Assembly: GCA_039715015.1 (NCBI GenBank)
Contig: JBDLIE010000004.1
Coordinates: 58,991-122,990 of the forward strand
DNA: 64,000 nt
Source: Thermodesulfobacteriota bacterium
GTDB lineage: Bacteria > Desulfobacterota > Desulfobulbia > Desulfobulbales > SURF-16
Direction of reading: 5' to 3'
Positions 18,072 to 28,881 of this stretch are shown here, piece after piece. Every line of letters begins with the position of its first letter. Within the stretch, counting starts at the first letter, position 1. The position numbers and the translations under genes are program-made. A model generated the notes under the pieces. It did not search any database. It was not told the origin of the DNA and saw only the letters and a program-made list of their open reading frames with translations.

Positions 18072-20291
18072 GTGGAGATAAGCGACCTTTCAGGGGAAGA
18101 AGAACAGAGGGCTCACCGCAAGAAAAGACGGATATGGTGGATTATTGCCATCTGCCTTTTGCTCATGGCGGGACTGACCTTTCTTGAGACCAGAATCCTT
18201 GAGCTAGGCACGGTTGATTTTCCGGTAAGCGGTAATGTTCTTGTCTATGTGCTTATCAATTTCAATGTTCTTCTGCTCCTGCTCACCGTTTTTCTGGTAT
18301 TGCGTAATCTGGTCCAGCTTGTTTTTGACCGCAAGCGGCGGATTCTCGGCACCAAGCTCCGGACAAAGCTTGTTATTTCCTTTATGTCCATGGCCCTCAT
18401 CCCCACCAGTATTCTCTTCTTCCTGGCCCTGCAGTTTGTCTCCACCTCCATGGATTACTGGTTCAATATTAATGTTGAACAGGCCCTGGAGGAGTCTCTG
18501 AAAATTGCCAGAAATGTGTATCGTGAGGAGCAGAATGTTGCTGCCCGCCTGGGCAGAAATATTGCCCTGCAGCTGGAATCGAAGCGCTACCGCCAACTCA
18601 CCGATACCTCTCTGGATATTTTTCTGGATGATATTGTCGAAAGCCGGGGCCTTGCTTCCCTGGCCCTGGTCAGCCAGGATCATGGCATCAAGATAATGGC
18701 TTTGTCTGATGAGCTTGATTCTGGTGAAGAACTTCCTCCCATGCCTGATTCCCTTATTCGTAGAGGGCTGAAGGGGGGTAAAAATCTCGATATTATCCAG
18801 AAAATTACCCTGGGCGAACTGGTGCGTAACGTTTCCCTTGTTCGCCTTGGGCGTGAAAGGCAGGAGCGTCATGTCTTGGTGACCTCGCTCCTCATTCCTC
18901 AAGAAAAGATCGAGCAGCTCCATAAGATATCCGGCGGACTGGAGGGCTATCGCCAGCTCATACTTCTTCAGCAGCCCATTAAAACAAGCCTGCTTGTTAT
19001 CCTGCTCATCGTCACTCTGCTTGTGATGTTTTCCGCCATCTGGTTTGGATTTTATGTGGCCGGCGGCTTGACCACCCCCATTGGTAAGCTGGCCGATGCC
19101 ACCCTGCGGGTTGCTGATGGCGAGCTTGATTTTGTAATTGAGAAGGACTCCGGCGATGAAATGGGTACCCTGGTGGAGTCGTTTAATAAGATGACCCGCG
19201 ATCTTCTTGTCGGTAAGAGGAGCCTTGAACAGTTTAACCTGGAGCTGGAAAACAGGCGGCGTTACACCGAGACGATTCTGCAGAATGTACCTGCCGGGGT
19301 TGTTTCTTTAGACAGCAAGGGCCGCATTACATCGATAAATACCTTTGCTGAGAGCCTGCTTAATATTGACCCGGAGCGCCTCCTCGGCCATGATTATAAG
19401 AATGCTCTTGCCCCTCAGCATAGCGCTATCCTCGATCAGTTTTATGAAGAGCTGTCCCGTACCGGCAAGATGTCTCTTGAGAAGCCCCTCCAGCTTTCGG
19501 TGGGTACTGAGAGCTTTTCGCTGCGGGTCAATATCACCCGTCTCCATGACGAGAGCGGTGAAGAGCTGGGCGTGGTCCTTGTTTTTGATAACCTTACTGA
19601 GCTCGAAAAAGCCCAGCGTATGGCGGCCTGGCGCGAGGTGGCCCGCAGGATCGCCCACGAGGTAAAAAATCCCCTGACACCGATCCAGCTTTCTGCCCAG
19701 CGATTGCGCAAGCGATACCTTGACAAATTGGCAGGGGAGGGTGATATTTTTGATCTTTGCACAAAGACTATTATCGGTCAGGTTGATGAATTAAAACATC
19801 TAGTCAGTGAGTTCTCCAGTTTTGCCCGCATGCCTGCGGTTCAGAAAACAGAGAGCTCTCTTGAGGAGATGACCAGGGAAACCCTGGTTATGTACCAGGA
19901 GGGCCATAAAGACGTTGTCTTTAACCTGCTTTGTAATCAGGAGATTCCATCCTTTCTTTTTGATCGCAAGCAGATGGAAAGGGTGCTGATTAATCTCCTG
20001 GATAATGCTGTGGCAGCGGTTGCCGGTAAAAATGGCGAAGTGACTGTGGAGCTTAGAGCAAACCAAAGCCAGAATCAGGTATTTGTCGAGGTCAAGGACA
20101 ATGGTCCAGGGGTTAATGACGAAGACAAGCTGCACCTCTTTGAACCCTATTTTACCACCAAGAAGACAGGAACAGGTCTAGGTCTTGCCATTGCCACCAC
20201 GGTTGTTGCCGATCATGGCGGTTATTTACGTATCAAGGATAATATTCCCACTGGGGCACGTTTTATTGTAGAGCTTCCCCTGGTGGACTAG
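18072..20291 (+). CDS. ntrY: NtrY-like sensor histidine kinase (TM, HAMP, PAS, HisKA, HATPase)
   Basis: AAWREVARRIAHEVKNPLTPIQLSA, NLLDNA, DNGPG, GTGLGL. Confidence 0.9.
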   Translation: MEISDLSGEEEQRAHRKKRRIWWIIAICLLLMAGLTFLETRILELGTVDFPVSGNVLVYVLINFNVLLLLLTVFLVLRNLVQLVFDRKRRILGTKLRTKLVISFMSMALIPTSILFFLALQFVSTSMDYWFNINVEQALEESLKIARNVYREEQNVAARLGRNIALQLESKRYRQLTDTSLDIFLDDIVESRGLASLALVSQDHGIKIMALSDELDSGEELPPMPDSLIRRGLKGGKNLDIIQKITLGELVRNVSLVRLGRERQERHVLVTSLLIPQEKIEQLHKISGGLEGYRQLILLQQPIKTSLLVILLIVTLLVMFSAIWFGFYVAGGLTTPIGKLADATLRVADGELDFVIEKDSGDEMGTLVESFNKMTRDLLVGKRSLEQFNLELENRRRYTETILQNVPAGVVSLDSKGRITSINTFAESLLNIDPERLLGHDYKNALAPQHSAILDQFYEELSRTGKMSLEKPLQLSVGTESFSLRVNITRLHDESGEELGVVLVFDNLTELEKAQRMAAWREVARRIAHEVKNPLTPIQLSAQRLRKRYLDKLAGEGDIFDLCTKTIIGQVDELKHLVSEFSSFARMPAVQKTESSLEEMTRETLVMYQEGHKDVVFNLLCNQEIPSFLFDRKQMERVLINLLDNAVAAVAGKNGEVTVELRANQSQNQVFVEVKDNGPGVNDEDKLHLFEPYFTTKKTGTGLGLAIATTVVADHGGYLRIKDNIPTGARFIVELPLVD

Positions 20292-20298
20292 GAAGAGT

Positions 20299-21690
20299 AT
20301 GGCTAAAAAAATTCTGATAATTGATGACGAAGAAACCATTCGCGAGTCCGTGGCCGGTATCTTAAGCGACGAAGGTTTTGAGCCCCTCACTGTTGCCAGC
20401 GCCCCAGAGGCCTTTGCCGTCCTGGAGTCGGAAGCCGTCAAAGCCGTTCTCCTTGATATCTGGATGCCTGAGATGGATGGTATGGAGGCCTTGCCGAAGA
20501 TAAAGGAGTTGTATCCCAGTCTGCCGGTGATCATGATCTCCGGCCATGGAAATATTGAAACCGCTGTCCAGGCCACAAAAATGGGAGCCTTTGATTTTAT
20601 CGAGAAACCCCCTTCGTATGATAAAATCATCCTGGCCGTGAACAATGCCATGAAGTTTTCTCAGTTGGCCCGGGAAAACGAGATCCTTCGCGCCCAGCAG
20701 AGCAAGAGATCGGAACTTACTGGTATATCTCCTGCTATCACCGCCATCCGTGAACAGATTCTTCGGGTGGCGCCTACACCGGCCTGGGTGTTAATCCGCG
20801 GCGAGCACGGCACCGGCAAGGAGCTTGCTGCCCAGATGATCCATAGCCATTCAGCGGCCAAAGATAAGCCGATGATTGAGGTCAATTGCGCCGCTATCCC
20901 TGAGGAGCTCATTGAAAGCGAGCTTTTTGGCCATGAAAAAGGGGCGTTCACCGGTGCCACTGCCAGCAAACGAGGCAAATTTGATTTGGCCGACGGCTCG
21001 ATTTTGTTTCTTGATGAGATCGGCGACATGAGCCTGAAGACCCAGGCCAAGGTACTGCGTATTATCCAGGAACAGAAGTTCGAAAGAGTGGGCGGTTCCA
21101 AAACTATCACCGTTGATGTCCGGGTCATTGCCGCCACCAATAAAGACCTGGAGGCAGAGATTGAGGCAGGTAATTTTCGGGCTGACCTTTTTTACCGACT
21201 TAACGTGGTACCCATAATCCTTCCTCCCCTGCGTGAACGCCTTGAGGATCTGCCACTCTTAGTGGAAGATCTTATGGAGGATTTCCACAGAAAAGGTTTT
21301 GGCCGCAAGAAATTTTTGCCCGGTGCTTTCCATGCCATGCAACGCCATAACTGGCCTGGCAATGTCCGCGAGTTGCGAAATTTCCTGGAAAGGATCTCCA
21401 TTATGTGCCCGGGTGCGGATGTCTCCGGTGAAGAGATTGTCTCTATTTTGAGAAGTGGAGGGGCCGGTGCTGTCGCCGAGCAAGCCCAGCCGACAATGCC
21501 GCCATCCCTTAGCGACAATGCCGCGTTGGCTGATGATATGACCTTTAAAGATGCCAAGAAACAGTTTGAGGCGGATTTTCTGCAGGCTAAAATTGCCGAA
21601 AATGATGGGAATATCTCAAAAACAGCCGAACAGATTGGTATGGAACGGAGTCATCTTCATAAGAGAATTAAGGCTCTTGGGCTTGATTGA
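20299..21690 (+). CDS. ntrX: NtrX-like sigma54-dependent response regulator
   Basis: Receiver LDIWMP/ISGHG, GEHGTGKE, GAFTGA, WPGNVREL, Fis-type HTH. Confidence 0.9.
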   Translation: MAKKILIIDDEETIRESVAGILSDEGFEPLTVASAPEAFAVLESEAVKAVLLDIWMPEMDGMEALPKIKELYPSLPVIMISGHGNIETAVQATKMGAFDFIEKPPSYDKIILAVNNAMKFSQLARENEILRAQQSKRSELTGISPAITAIREQILRVAPTPAWVLIRGEHGTGKELAAQMIHSHSAAKDKPMIEVNCAAIPEELIESELFGHEKGAFTGATASKRGKFDLADGSILFLDEIGDMSLKTQAKVLRIIQEQKFERVGGSKTITVDVRVIAATNKDLEAEIEAGNFRADLFYRLNVVPIILPPLRERLEDLPLLVEDLMEDFHRKGFGRKKFLPGAFHAMQRHNWPGNVRELRNFLERISIMCPGADVSGEEIVSILRSGGAGAVAEQAQPTMPPSLSDNAALADDMTFKDAKKQFEADFLQAKIAENDGNISKTAEQIGMERSHLHKRIKALGLD

Positions 21691-21748
21691 TCTCTAAAAA
21701 AGTCGGTAGGCGCGCTGTTTGAAACAAGGAATAAGGTCTTCGAGAGAT

Positions 21749-23500
21749 ATGAGTGACGATAAAATGAGCTTGCCCAGCGAAAAAGATTTGGAACGTGAGT
21801 TGGGTGATTATCTCAGTAATAAATATGGTGGCCAGGTGAAGATAGTTTCTGCCGGAATGCTGCCCCTTGCCAAGAAAAAGGATGATGTGGAGCAGCAGGC
21901 CGAGCGCACTGAAGAAGAAGGGTTCAATTTCAACCTCAAGCCTGAAGAGCTGGTGCGCTACCTAGATGAGTATGTTGTGCAACAGGATGAGGCCAAGTCC
22001 GTGCTTGCCACCAAAATATGCACCCATTTTAATCGAATTCGCCATGAGCTTGAAACAGGCCGGGCTGTAAAAAAACAGGTTGGAAGAATTAAGTCCAATG
22101 TCCTGCTTGTCGGCCCTACGGGTGTCGGAAAAACCTATCTGGTGAAGCTTATTGCCCGGCGGCTGGGTGTCCCTTTTGTGAAGGGTGATGCCACCAAGTT
22201 CAGTGAAACCGGTTATGTGGGCGGTGATGTTGAAGACCTGGTTCGTGATCTGGTCCGGGAGGCGGATGATGATATTGCCAAGGCAGAGTATGGCATCATC
22301 TACGTGGACGAGGTGGACAAGATTGCCGCCAGCTCCAATCGTCTTGGCGCTGATGTCTCCAGGGCCGGGGTGCAGCGTGCCTTTTTAAAACCCATGGAAG
22401 ACACGGACGTGGAACTTAAGGTGCCCCATGATCCGGTCTCTCAGCTTGAGGCCATGGAGCATTACCGGTCCACAGGCAAACGGGAAAAAAAGGTGGTCAA
22501 CACCCGAAACATCCTCTTTATCATGAGCGGTGCCTTTGCCGGTCTCACCGAGATTATCAGAAGGAGGAGTCATGAACACTCCATCGGTTTCGGCAGCAAG
22601 GTTGAATCGAAAGATGGCGGCAGCCGTTATTTTCAGGAGGTTATGGCTGAGGACCTTATCGCCTATGGCTTTGAAAGTGAATTCATCGGCCGCCTGCCTG
22701 TGGTCACCGCCTTAAACGACCTGAGCAAGGATGATTTTGTCCAAATTCTCTCCAAACATAATTCTGCCGTAGTTCTTGGTAAAAAGCAGGATTTTAATGC
22801 CTACGGGATCAAGCTCGGCTTCGAACAGGATGCCTTTGAGTCCATTGCCGCCAAGGCGGTCTTGGAAAAAACAGGGGCCAGGGGATTGCTCAGCGTTATG
22901 GAGAAGACCTTGCTGCCCTTTGAAAAAAGTCTACCCTCCACCTCTTTACGATATCTGGTATTGTCTGGGGCCATGGTTGAAGACCCGGTGGCAGCCCTAA
23001 GTGAAATGCTTGCCTCGCAAGAGAGCGATTATCACCAGCAACGCTATAATGAGTTGCGTTTGCAGGAACATGCCTGTCTTGTGGAAAATATTGAGGCTTC
23101 TAATGGTGATTTCCTCCGTGAAGAGGGGGTCGAGATTACCCCGGAAAGACTGGAGATGATGGCAAGTTACTGCCTGGAAGAGTTTGTAGATGTCCGGGAT
23201 GCCTGCCAAGATTTCATCGAGATGATTCATCATATTCGTGATTATGCCGCCACGGTATCTGTGGACTGCAATATCAATATCTTTTTTGAAGAGGCGGCCA
23301 TTGACCGTCTGATGGCAAAGAGCCGTTTGACAATTTCTTCGGTGAATGAGGTCTGTCAGGACGTTTTTGCCGCCCTTGATTATGGTTTGCGATTGATTGG
23401 CCAGAAAAGGCTTGACGGTGAACTCATCATTCCGGTAGAGGGGGTGGAGTCGCCTGAAACCTTTATTAACGAAGTTCTTGATGAGAATTTTAAGTTATAA
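21749..23500 (+). CDS. ClpX-like AAA+ ATPase without the N-terminal zinc finger and with a C-terminal extension
   Basis: GPTGVGKT, ETGYVGGDVE, DEVDKI, IGFG loop, EFIGRLPV, TGARGL. Confidence 0.85.
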   Translation: MSDDKMSLPSEKDLERELGDYLSNKYGGQVKIVSAGMLPLAKKKDDVEQQAERTEEEGFNFNLKPEELVRYLDEYVVQQDEAKSVLATKICTHFNRIRHELETGRAVKKQVGRIKSNVLLVGPTGVGKTYLVKLIARRLGVPFVKGDATKFSETGYVGGDVEDLVRDLVREADDDIAKAEYGIIYVDEVDKIAASSNRLGADVSRAGVQRAFLKPMEDTDVELKVPHDPVSQLEAMEHYRSTGKREKKVVNTRNILFIMSGAFAGLTEIIRRRSHEHSIGFGSKVESKDGGSRYFQEVMAEDLIAYGFESEFIGRLPVVTALNDLSKDDFVQILSKHNSAVVLGKKQDFNAYGIKLGFEQDAFESIAAKAVLEKTGARGLLSVMEKTLLPFEKSLPSTSLRYLVLSGAMVEDPVAALSEMLASQESDYHQQRYNELRLQEHACLVENIEASNGDFLREEGVEITPERLEMMASYCLEEFVDVRDACQDFIEMIHHIRDYAATVSVDCNINIFFEEAAIDRLMAKSRLTISSVNEVCQDVFAALDYGLRLIGQKRLDGELIIPVEGVESPETFINEVLDENFKL

Positions 23501-23513
23501 AAACAGAATGTAA

Positions 23514-23601
23514 AGAAGTTAGAGAAATAGAGACGGTAAAGAAGTCAAAGACCTTCCACCGATACTCTAACTCCTTTAACTTCTCTATTTCTCTAACTTC
23601 T
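23514..23601. repeat. Long REP-like inverted repeat with about 9-nt periodicity
   Basis: AGAAGTTAGAGAAATAGAGA (23514-23533) pairs perfectly with TCTCTATTTCTCTAACTTCT (23582-23601); imperfect inner extension. Confidence 0.8.
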
Positions 23602-23621
23602 GCAAAAAAAGGAGCCCCCCC

Positions 23622-24596
23622 ATGGTTTTTCCTGAATATCGTCCCCGCCGGTTACGCCGGAACGCTCAGCTGCGTTCCCTGGTCAGAGAAACACGACTTT
23701 CGCCGGAACAGTTTATCTATCCGCTTTTTGTCATGGCCGGCAAGGGTAAAAGAGAGGAAGTTCCCTCCATGCCCGGGGTTTTCCGGATGAGTGTCGATCA
23801 GCTCGGTGCTGAGGCCAAGGAATTGCTGGGGCTCGGCATCCAACATGTTATCCTCTTTGGCTTGCCTGAGAAAAAGGATGCCGCCGGATCCGGCGCTCAT
23901 GCCAAGGGCGGCATTATTCAGAGTGCCATCAAAGAGCTTAAGGACAAGGCGCCTCAGCTTATGGTTTCAACGGATGTCTGCATGTGTGAGTACACCGATC
24001 ACGGTCATTGCGGCATCCTTGAAGGTGGCCATGTCAATAATGACGCCACCCTTGAGATACTCGCCAAAATCGCCCTGTCCCACGCCCAGGCCGGTGCTGA
24101 TATTGTCGCACCCTCTGATATGATGGATGGCCGGGTCGCCGAGATCAGGGCGGCGCTCGACGAAAATAATTTCGACATGGTACCCATCATGAGCTATGCG
24201 GTGAAGTATGCCTCGGCCTTTTACGGCCCTTTCCGCGATGCAGCTGAGTGCGCACCCCAGGAGGGCGACAGGCAGGGTTATCAGATGGACCCAGGCAATA
24301 GCCGCGAGGCCTTGCGGGAGGCCACCTTGGATGTTGATGAGGGCGCCGATATTTTGATGGTCAAGCCTGCTGTGGCCTATCTTGATATCATCCGCTCTCT
24401 GCGTGATGAGTTTGATCTACCCATTGCCGCTTACCATGTCAGTGGCGAGTATGCCATGATCAAGGCGGCAGCAGCCAACGGCTGGATTGACGGCGAGCGG
24501 GTCATGCATGAAACCCTGCTCTCCATCACCCGGGCCGGAGCCGATATTATCATCACCTATGGCGCCAAAGAGATGGCCAAGCTTCTTAACGGCTGA
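23622..24596 (+). CDS. hemB: Porphobilinogen synthase, Zn-dependent
   Basis: [50 protein letters not shown]. Confidence 0.97.
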   Translation: MVFPEYRPRRLRRNAQLRSLVRETRLSPEQFIYPLFVMAGKGKREEVPSMPGVFRMSVDQLGAEAKELLGLGIQHVILFGLPEKKDAAGSGAHAKGGIIQSAIKELKDKAPQLMVSTDVCMCEYTDHGHCGILEGGHVNNDATLEILAKIALSHAQAGADIVAPSDMMDGRVAEIRAALDENNFDMVPIMSYAVKYASAFYGPFRDAAECAPQEGDRQGYQMDPGNSREALREATLDVDEGADILMVKPAVAYLDIIRSLRDEFDLPIAAYHVSGEYAMIKAAAANGWIDGERVMHETLLSITRAGADIIITYGAKEMAKLLNG

Positions 24597-24671
24597 TTAA
24601 CTTTTCCCCATCCTGTCCAAACAAACAGGGTGGGGGAGAGCTGCTCTGTGCGGATGCTCTTTCTTGAGTCT

Positions 24672-25607
24672 CTATCCCACAGTCAGGCGATTACGGCCTG
24701 CTTTTTTGCTTTCATAAAGCAGGGTGTCTGCCCGTTTCACAAGGCTGGCAATGGTGTCGTCGTTGCTGACCATGGTGGCCCCTAATGAGATGGTGACTTG
24801 CAGTTTGTCTTTGCCGTGGTGAAGGTAAGAGTTTTGAACAAGGATCCGGAGTTTATTGCCAAGGTGCAGGAGATCCTTGTCCTGGATATTACGGATGATG
24901 CCGATAAATTCCTCCCCACCCCATCGGCCATACAAATCAAAGGGCCGAGAAGATTTGATAAAGGTCTGGGATACGAATTTTAAAACATTATCTCCCACAT
25001 CATGGCCATAGGTGTCATTGAATATTTTGAAATTATCAATGTCAATGAAGAGAATGCCAAAGGAAATTTCAAAGCGTTTCTTTTCCTGAAGCCTCCCCTC
25101 CAGCTCTTTTTCTATATAGTTCCTGTTGGCCAGCTGGGTCAGTTTGTCCAGCATGGCCATTTTCTCAAGCTCTTTTATCCGCAGTTCACTGGCCTTCTGG
25201 TTGCTGATGTCGGTGAATAGCTCCACGCCGCCGATAGTATTGCCAAGATCGTCCTTAACAGCACTGATGCGTACCGAGACCGGAACGCGGTGGCCATCTT
25301 TGTGGTGTAAATAGACCTCAGCTTCACGAGGTTTACCGTCTGCGATGGTCTTGGCCAAGGGGCAGAGGTCAAGGCAGAGAGATTGTCCATCTTCGTCCAC
25401 ATGGGTCAGGATATTCTCCGCGCATGATTTGCCAATGACCTCATCAGCACTAAATCCTGAGATCTGTTCAGCGGCCTTGTTCCAGTAGGTTATTATTCTC
25501 TTGGTATCGACCAAATATAGGCCATCATAAAGGTTGTCGATAATTGCGGAGTAGGACGGGGAAAACATCATCGTCTGCTCTCGCAATTGTGGATTTGTTT
25601 TCTTCAA
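24672..25607 (-). CDS. PAS-GGDEF diguanylate cyclase (start uncertain)
   Basis: PAS (YWNKAAEQISG), DIDNFK, NDTYGH, RPFD I-site, GGEEF. Confidence 0.92.
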   Translation of the reverse strand: MKKTNPQLREQTMMFSPSYSAIIDNLYDGLYLVDTKRIITYWNKAAEQISGFSADEVIGKSCAENILTHVDEDGQSLCLDLCPLAKTIADGKPREAEVYLHHKDGHRVPVSVRISAVKDDLGNTIGGVELFTDISNQKASELRIKELEKMAMLDKLTQLANRNYIEKELEGRLQEKKRFEISFGILFIDIDNFKIFNDTYGHDVGDNVLKFVSQTFIKSSRPFDLYGRWGGEEFIGIIRNIQDKDLLHLGNKLRILVQNSYLHHGKDKLQVTISLGATMVSNDDTIASLVKRADTLLYESKKAGRNRLTVG

Positions 25608-25656
25608 TATTTTGGCACCATGTAATTGTAGTCTGTTGTCGGAATGAATGTTCTTG

Positions 25657-26541
25657 TCATAGTATTCCAGAGCCCTTCATCAACACAAGTTCTCCTTTGT
25701 TTACAGAGATATTGCTCTGTTGGTAGATGTGGGAGCCAACAATGGGACATTTAACCGTAAGTAAAAAATAAAGAGGTGCTGTCACCTCTGAAAGAGTCTC
25801 GTAATTACCCTGACCTTTGCTGAGGATAAGATCTGCATCAGCAAAAATGTCTTGAAACTCTTTGGGACAGCTTGAAAGAGGGGTGCCTGGGCAACCTGTG
25901 CCATTGCTTATAACCCGACAGAGATTAGTAAGTCCGCAGTCGTGAGCGTCTTTTAGTAAGGCGTCATTGATGATGGGGTTCTCTTTGACCACAAAGGTAA
26001 TTTCTTTACCCGGTAATAGATGCTGAATTGTTTCAATAACCAGCCGGTCAAAAATTATCTCACCGGCGTTGTCCCCCAGATAAAGAATGCGAGAACTCAT
26101 CTCGAGGTCTTGGCGTAATTTTGTGTAATCGTTGATGGCAAGGGGACTGGTGAGACATTTTCTGATGGCTTGTTCGGCATCAAAATCCTGTTGGGAGCCA
26201 TAGTCAATAATATTGCCGGCAATGGAGAAGATGATGGCGGTAAAGATGGGGTCTGGGCTTTCAGTAATAGATTTATTGATTTCTGCCATCAAGCCAAGGG
26301 CAAAATTGTTTGATTGGTCTTTAAGGGACAAGAAGGGGTCGGAACATCCTGACAGCCGGGCAATGGTCTCATAAACCGGGATGGAATTTTCAGGTGGAGA
26401 TTTTTCTAAATCAAGGCCGGGCAGGAGGCGGGCAATGGTATTGAGAATTTCTTTTTGCAGATTTGTATCGTCTGTGCTGAGGGAGGCGGCCTTAATGGTT
26501 TGCTGAAGAAAGCAGGGCAGGCAGGGCAGGCTTGATTTCAT
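25657..26541 (-). CDS. DUF89/ARMT1-like damage-control phosphatase
   Basis: CLPC, AGNIIDYG, DNAGE, PIINDA, KGQGNYETL, VKCP. Confidence 0.88.
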   Translation of the reverse strand: MKSSLPCLPCFLQQTIKAASLSTDDTNLQKEILNTIARLLPGLDLEKSPPENSIPVYETIARLSGCSDPFLSLKDQSNNFALGLMAEINKSITESPDPIFTAIIFSIAGNIIDYGSQQDFDAEQAIRKCLTSPLAINDYTKLRQDLEMSSRILYLGDNAGEIIFDRLVIETIQHLLPGKEITFVVKENPIINDALLKDAHDCGLTNLCRVISNGTGCPGTPLSSCPKEFQDIFADADLILSKGQGNYETLSEVTAPLYFLLTVKCPIVGSHIYQQSNISVNKGELVLMKGSGIL

Positions 26542-26542
26542 C

Positions 26543-27286
26543 TCATTTGTCCTTTTCATGCAATGAATGATCAAGGAGATAGTCAGTCTTGACGTTGCCC
26601 AAGGCCGCGAAAATTGTGCCCATGAGCTGAGGGTCTTGTTCGTAAAGTTTAGCCATCATCTCACGGATAGTCTGCCTTTTTGTGCTTTCTGTCAGGGGGC
26701 AAGGGTTGGCAACTGGGGAGAGGTCGAAAAGGTCGGCCACCTCTTGGACCTGTTTTTTCTGCAAAAAGGCCAGGGGGCGGATAATGGCAAGCTTGCCGTT
26801 AAAAAGATCCTGCCGGGGCACCATGGTGGAGAGATTTCCTCCGTAAAAAAGGTTTATGAAAAAAGTCTCAATGATGTCTTCCTTATGGTGGCCAAGGGCC
26901 AGTTTGGTGCAGCCCTTTTCTTTGCCAATATTAAAAAGCTGAGTCCGGCGGTTGCGGGCGCAATGAAAACAGGCTGAGGAATTTCCCCCTTGCAACGCCT
27001 CTTTGCCAATGGTGGTCTTGATGATTTCATACGGTATGCCGATAGCGGCCAGCTCCTTATCCACAAGCTTATGCTCCCCGGAGCCAAAGCCCATATCAAG
27101 ATGGACAGCCTCAATTTTGTAAGAGATAGGAGCTTTTTTTTGCCAGAGTTTGAGGGTGGCAGTCAGGACCAGACTGTCTACTCCTCCGGAAACAGCAACC
27201 AAGACATGATCACCATCCCTCAACATCTGATACGCATGCATGGCCTGACCAATGAGGCGATTAATTGAGTTTGGCAGGTGGAGCAT
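26543..27286 (-). CDS. ttcA: TtcA-family PP-loop tRNA thiolation protein
   Basis: SGGVDS, CFHC, LGHHKED, IIRPL. Confidence 0.8.
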   Translation of the reverse strand: MLHLPNSINRLIGQAMHAYQMLRDGDHVLVAVSGGVDSLVLTATLKLWQKKAPISYKIEAVHLDMGFGSGEHKLVDKELAAIGIPYEIIKTTIGKEALQGGNSSACFHCARNRRTQLFNIGKEKGCTKLALGHHKEDIIETFFINLFYGGNLSTMVPRQDLFNGKLAIIRPLAFLQKKQVQEVADLFDLSPVANPCPLTESTKRQTIREMMAKLYEQDPQLMGTIFAALGNVKTDYLLDHSLHEKDK

Positions 27287-27404
27287 GGAGTAAAAAGGGT
27301 ATTTTAAGGAGTCAGGAGGTTGAAGAGGAGTGTAAGAAAACGAATTTGTTAGCTGCTCTTTCTGGCAGCAGGAAAAAGGACCTGGCAGGCGGCAAGAATA
27401 GAGG

Positions 27405-28046
27405 TCATTCAGCGGCTAGATAAACGCAGGCGCCGAATTTACTCTCCACCCCTTCCCGCAGTAGGGCGTCAGCAGAAACAAATTCGAATTTGCGTTTAGA
27501 GGCCTTGCCAAAGGAGAGAAGATCGGAGAAGAGGGTCTTTTGGGTTTCTTCATAAGTCCCCTTGCACAGGGTCTTGCCGCTTTTCAGGTGGATAAGGCTG
27601 TAATCGAAACTCACGGAGGCTGGTTCATTGGCACCATATTTCTTGCCGTCCAGCTTTCTGTATCTGATGAGTTGGGTAATCAGTACGGCATCCCCTTTGG
27701 CCTGCATGCCTATATAACGGGCTCTTTTGCGGAGGTTGCCGATAAAGGTGCCGGTGAGAGATTCTTGCTGCATGACAGAGAGAATGTTGACGTTCTCCTT
27801 CATGGCAAAATACTCGGCAATAATGGTACTTAACTGCCTGCTGCCTTCTGTGAGATTATGGGCCTCAGTACTGCCGCTTTCATGCTCTGTGGAGTCAAAT
27901 TCGCTTTGTAAAATGACAATGGAATTCAGGGTCAGATCGTCCGGATCGCTTTTGCCCATTTCAGGACTTGGTTGCGATGTCTGGGCAGCACAGGCTGTCA
28001 AAAGAGAGAGTGTGAAAGCAAGGAGAAAACCACGTGGTCGAATCAT
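27405..28046 (-). CDS. Putative lipoprotein
   Basis: Signal peptide ending in lipobox LTAC. Confidence 0.75.
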   Translation of the reverse strand: MIRPRGFLLAFTLSLLTACAAQTSQPSPEMGKSDPDDLTLNSIVILQSEFDSTEHESGSTEAHNLTEGSRQLSTIIAEYFAMKENVNILSVMQQESLTGTFIGNLRKRARYIGMQAKGDAVLITQLIRYRKLDGKKYGANEPASVSFDYSLIHLKSGKTLCKGTYEETQKTLFSDLLSFGKASKRKFEFVSADALLREGVESKFGACVYLAAE

Positions 28047-28072
28047 GACTGTTCCCGAGAAGGTTGACAGGG

Positions 28073-28672
28073 TTATAATGTACCTTTTGAGGAAAGGGTA
28101 CCTTGGACTCTTGGGTCAACGGAAGTGGCTTGATCAAGGGTTCTACCAAGGGCCTTAAAAATTGCCTCGATTATATGGTGCGTATTACTACCATATTTCA
28201 CTTCCACATGAAGTGTCAATCCACAGTTAAAGGCAAAGGCCCTCAGGAATTCTTGGACCATGGTGGTGTCAAAGGAGCCGGATTTCTGATCCAAGGCAAC
28301 AACATCGTAATGAAGAAAAGGTCTGTTGGAAAAATCCATGGTAACCCGGGCCAGAGTTTCATCCATGGGCAGGGCAAAATTCCCGTAACGACTTATAGAG
28401 GAAAAATCACCTAAGGCTTCTTTAAAGGCCTGACCAAGACAGATGCCGATGTCTTCGACGGTATGATGGTCATCGATTTCAACATCACCTGAGGCCTTCA
28501 GGGTAAGGTTGAAGAATCCGTGGACAGCAAGAAGGGTGAGCATATGGTCAAAGAAAGGGACAGCTGTACTGATGTCTGCCTTTCCCTTGCCGTCAAGAGA
28601 AAGCTCAAGATTGATAGAGGTTTCTTTGGTTGTTCTGGTAATGATACTTGTACGGGTGGGGGCAGAAGCCAT
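28073..28672 (-). CDS. hisB: Imidazoleglycerol-phosphate dehydratase
   Basis: RTTKET, FFDHML, DDHHTVED, PMDE, NTHHIIEAIFKA, SSKG; start moved to MASAP. Confidence 0.96.
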   Translation of the reverse strand: MASAPTRTSIITRTTKETSINLELSLDGKGKADISTAVPFFDHMLTLLAVHGFFNLTLKASGDVEIDDHHTVEDIGICLGQAFKEALGDFSSISRYGNFALPMDETLARVTMDFSNRPFLHYDVVALDQKSGSFDTTMVQEFLRAFAFNCGLTLHVEVKYGSNTHHIIEAIFKALGRTLDQATSVDPRVQGTLSSKGTL

Positions 28673-28881
28673 GGCTTTACTTACTCCGAAATTATTAAGG
28701 AAGTGGAATGTGCCTATATAATGATGTAAGGATATGTTTTCTTTCCTCATTCTTATACCAGCATCCTTAAGAGTGTCGCAAGGACAAGATAGGAATATCA
28801 AGGAAAAAGGGGTCTGGGAAAACCCTGGTGGACAAAGTGTTAGACGGCCCTTTTCATGACAGGGAAACCGTAAATTTTTTA

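Noticed and set aside
23505..23601. CRISPR array in this or the 5688 periodic repeat
   Set aside because: Repeats are short and inverted, with no unique spacers and no cas genes
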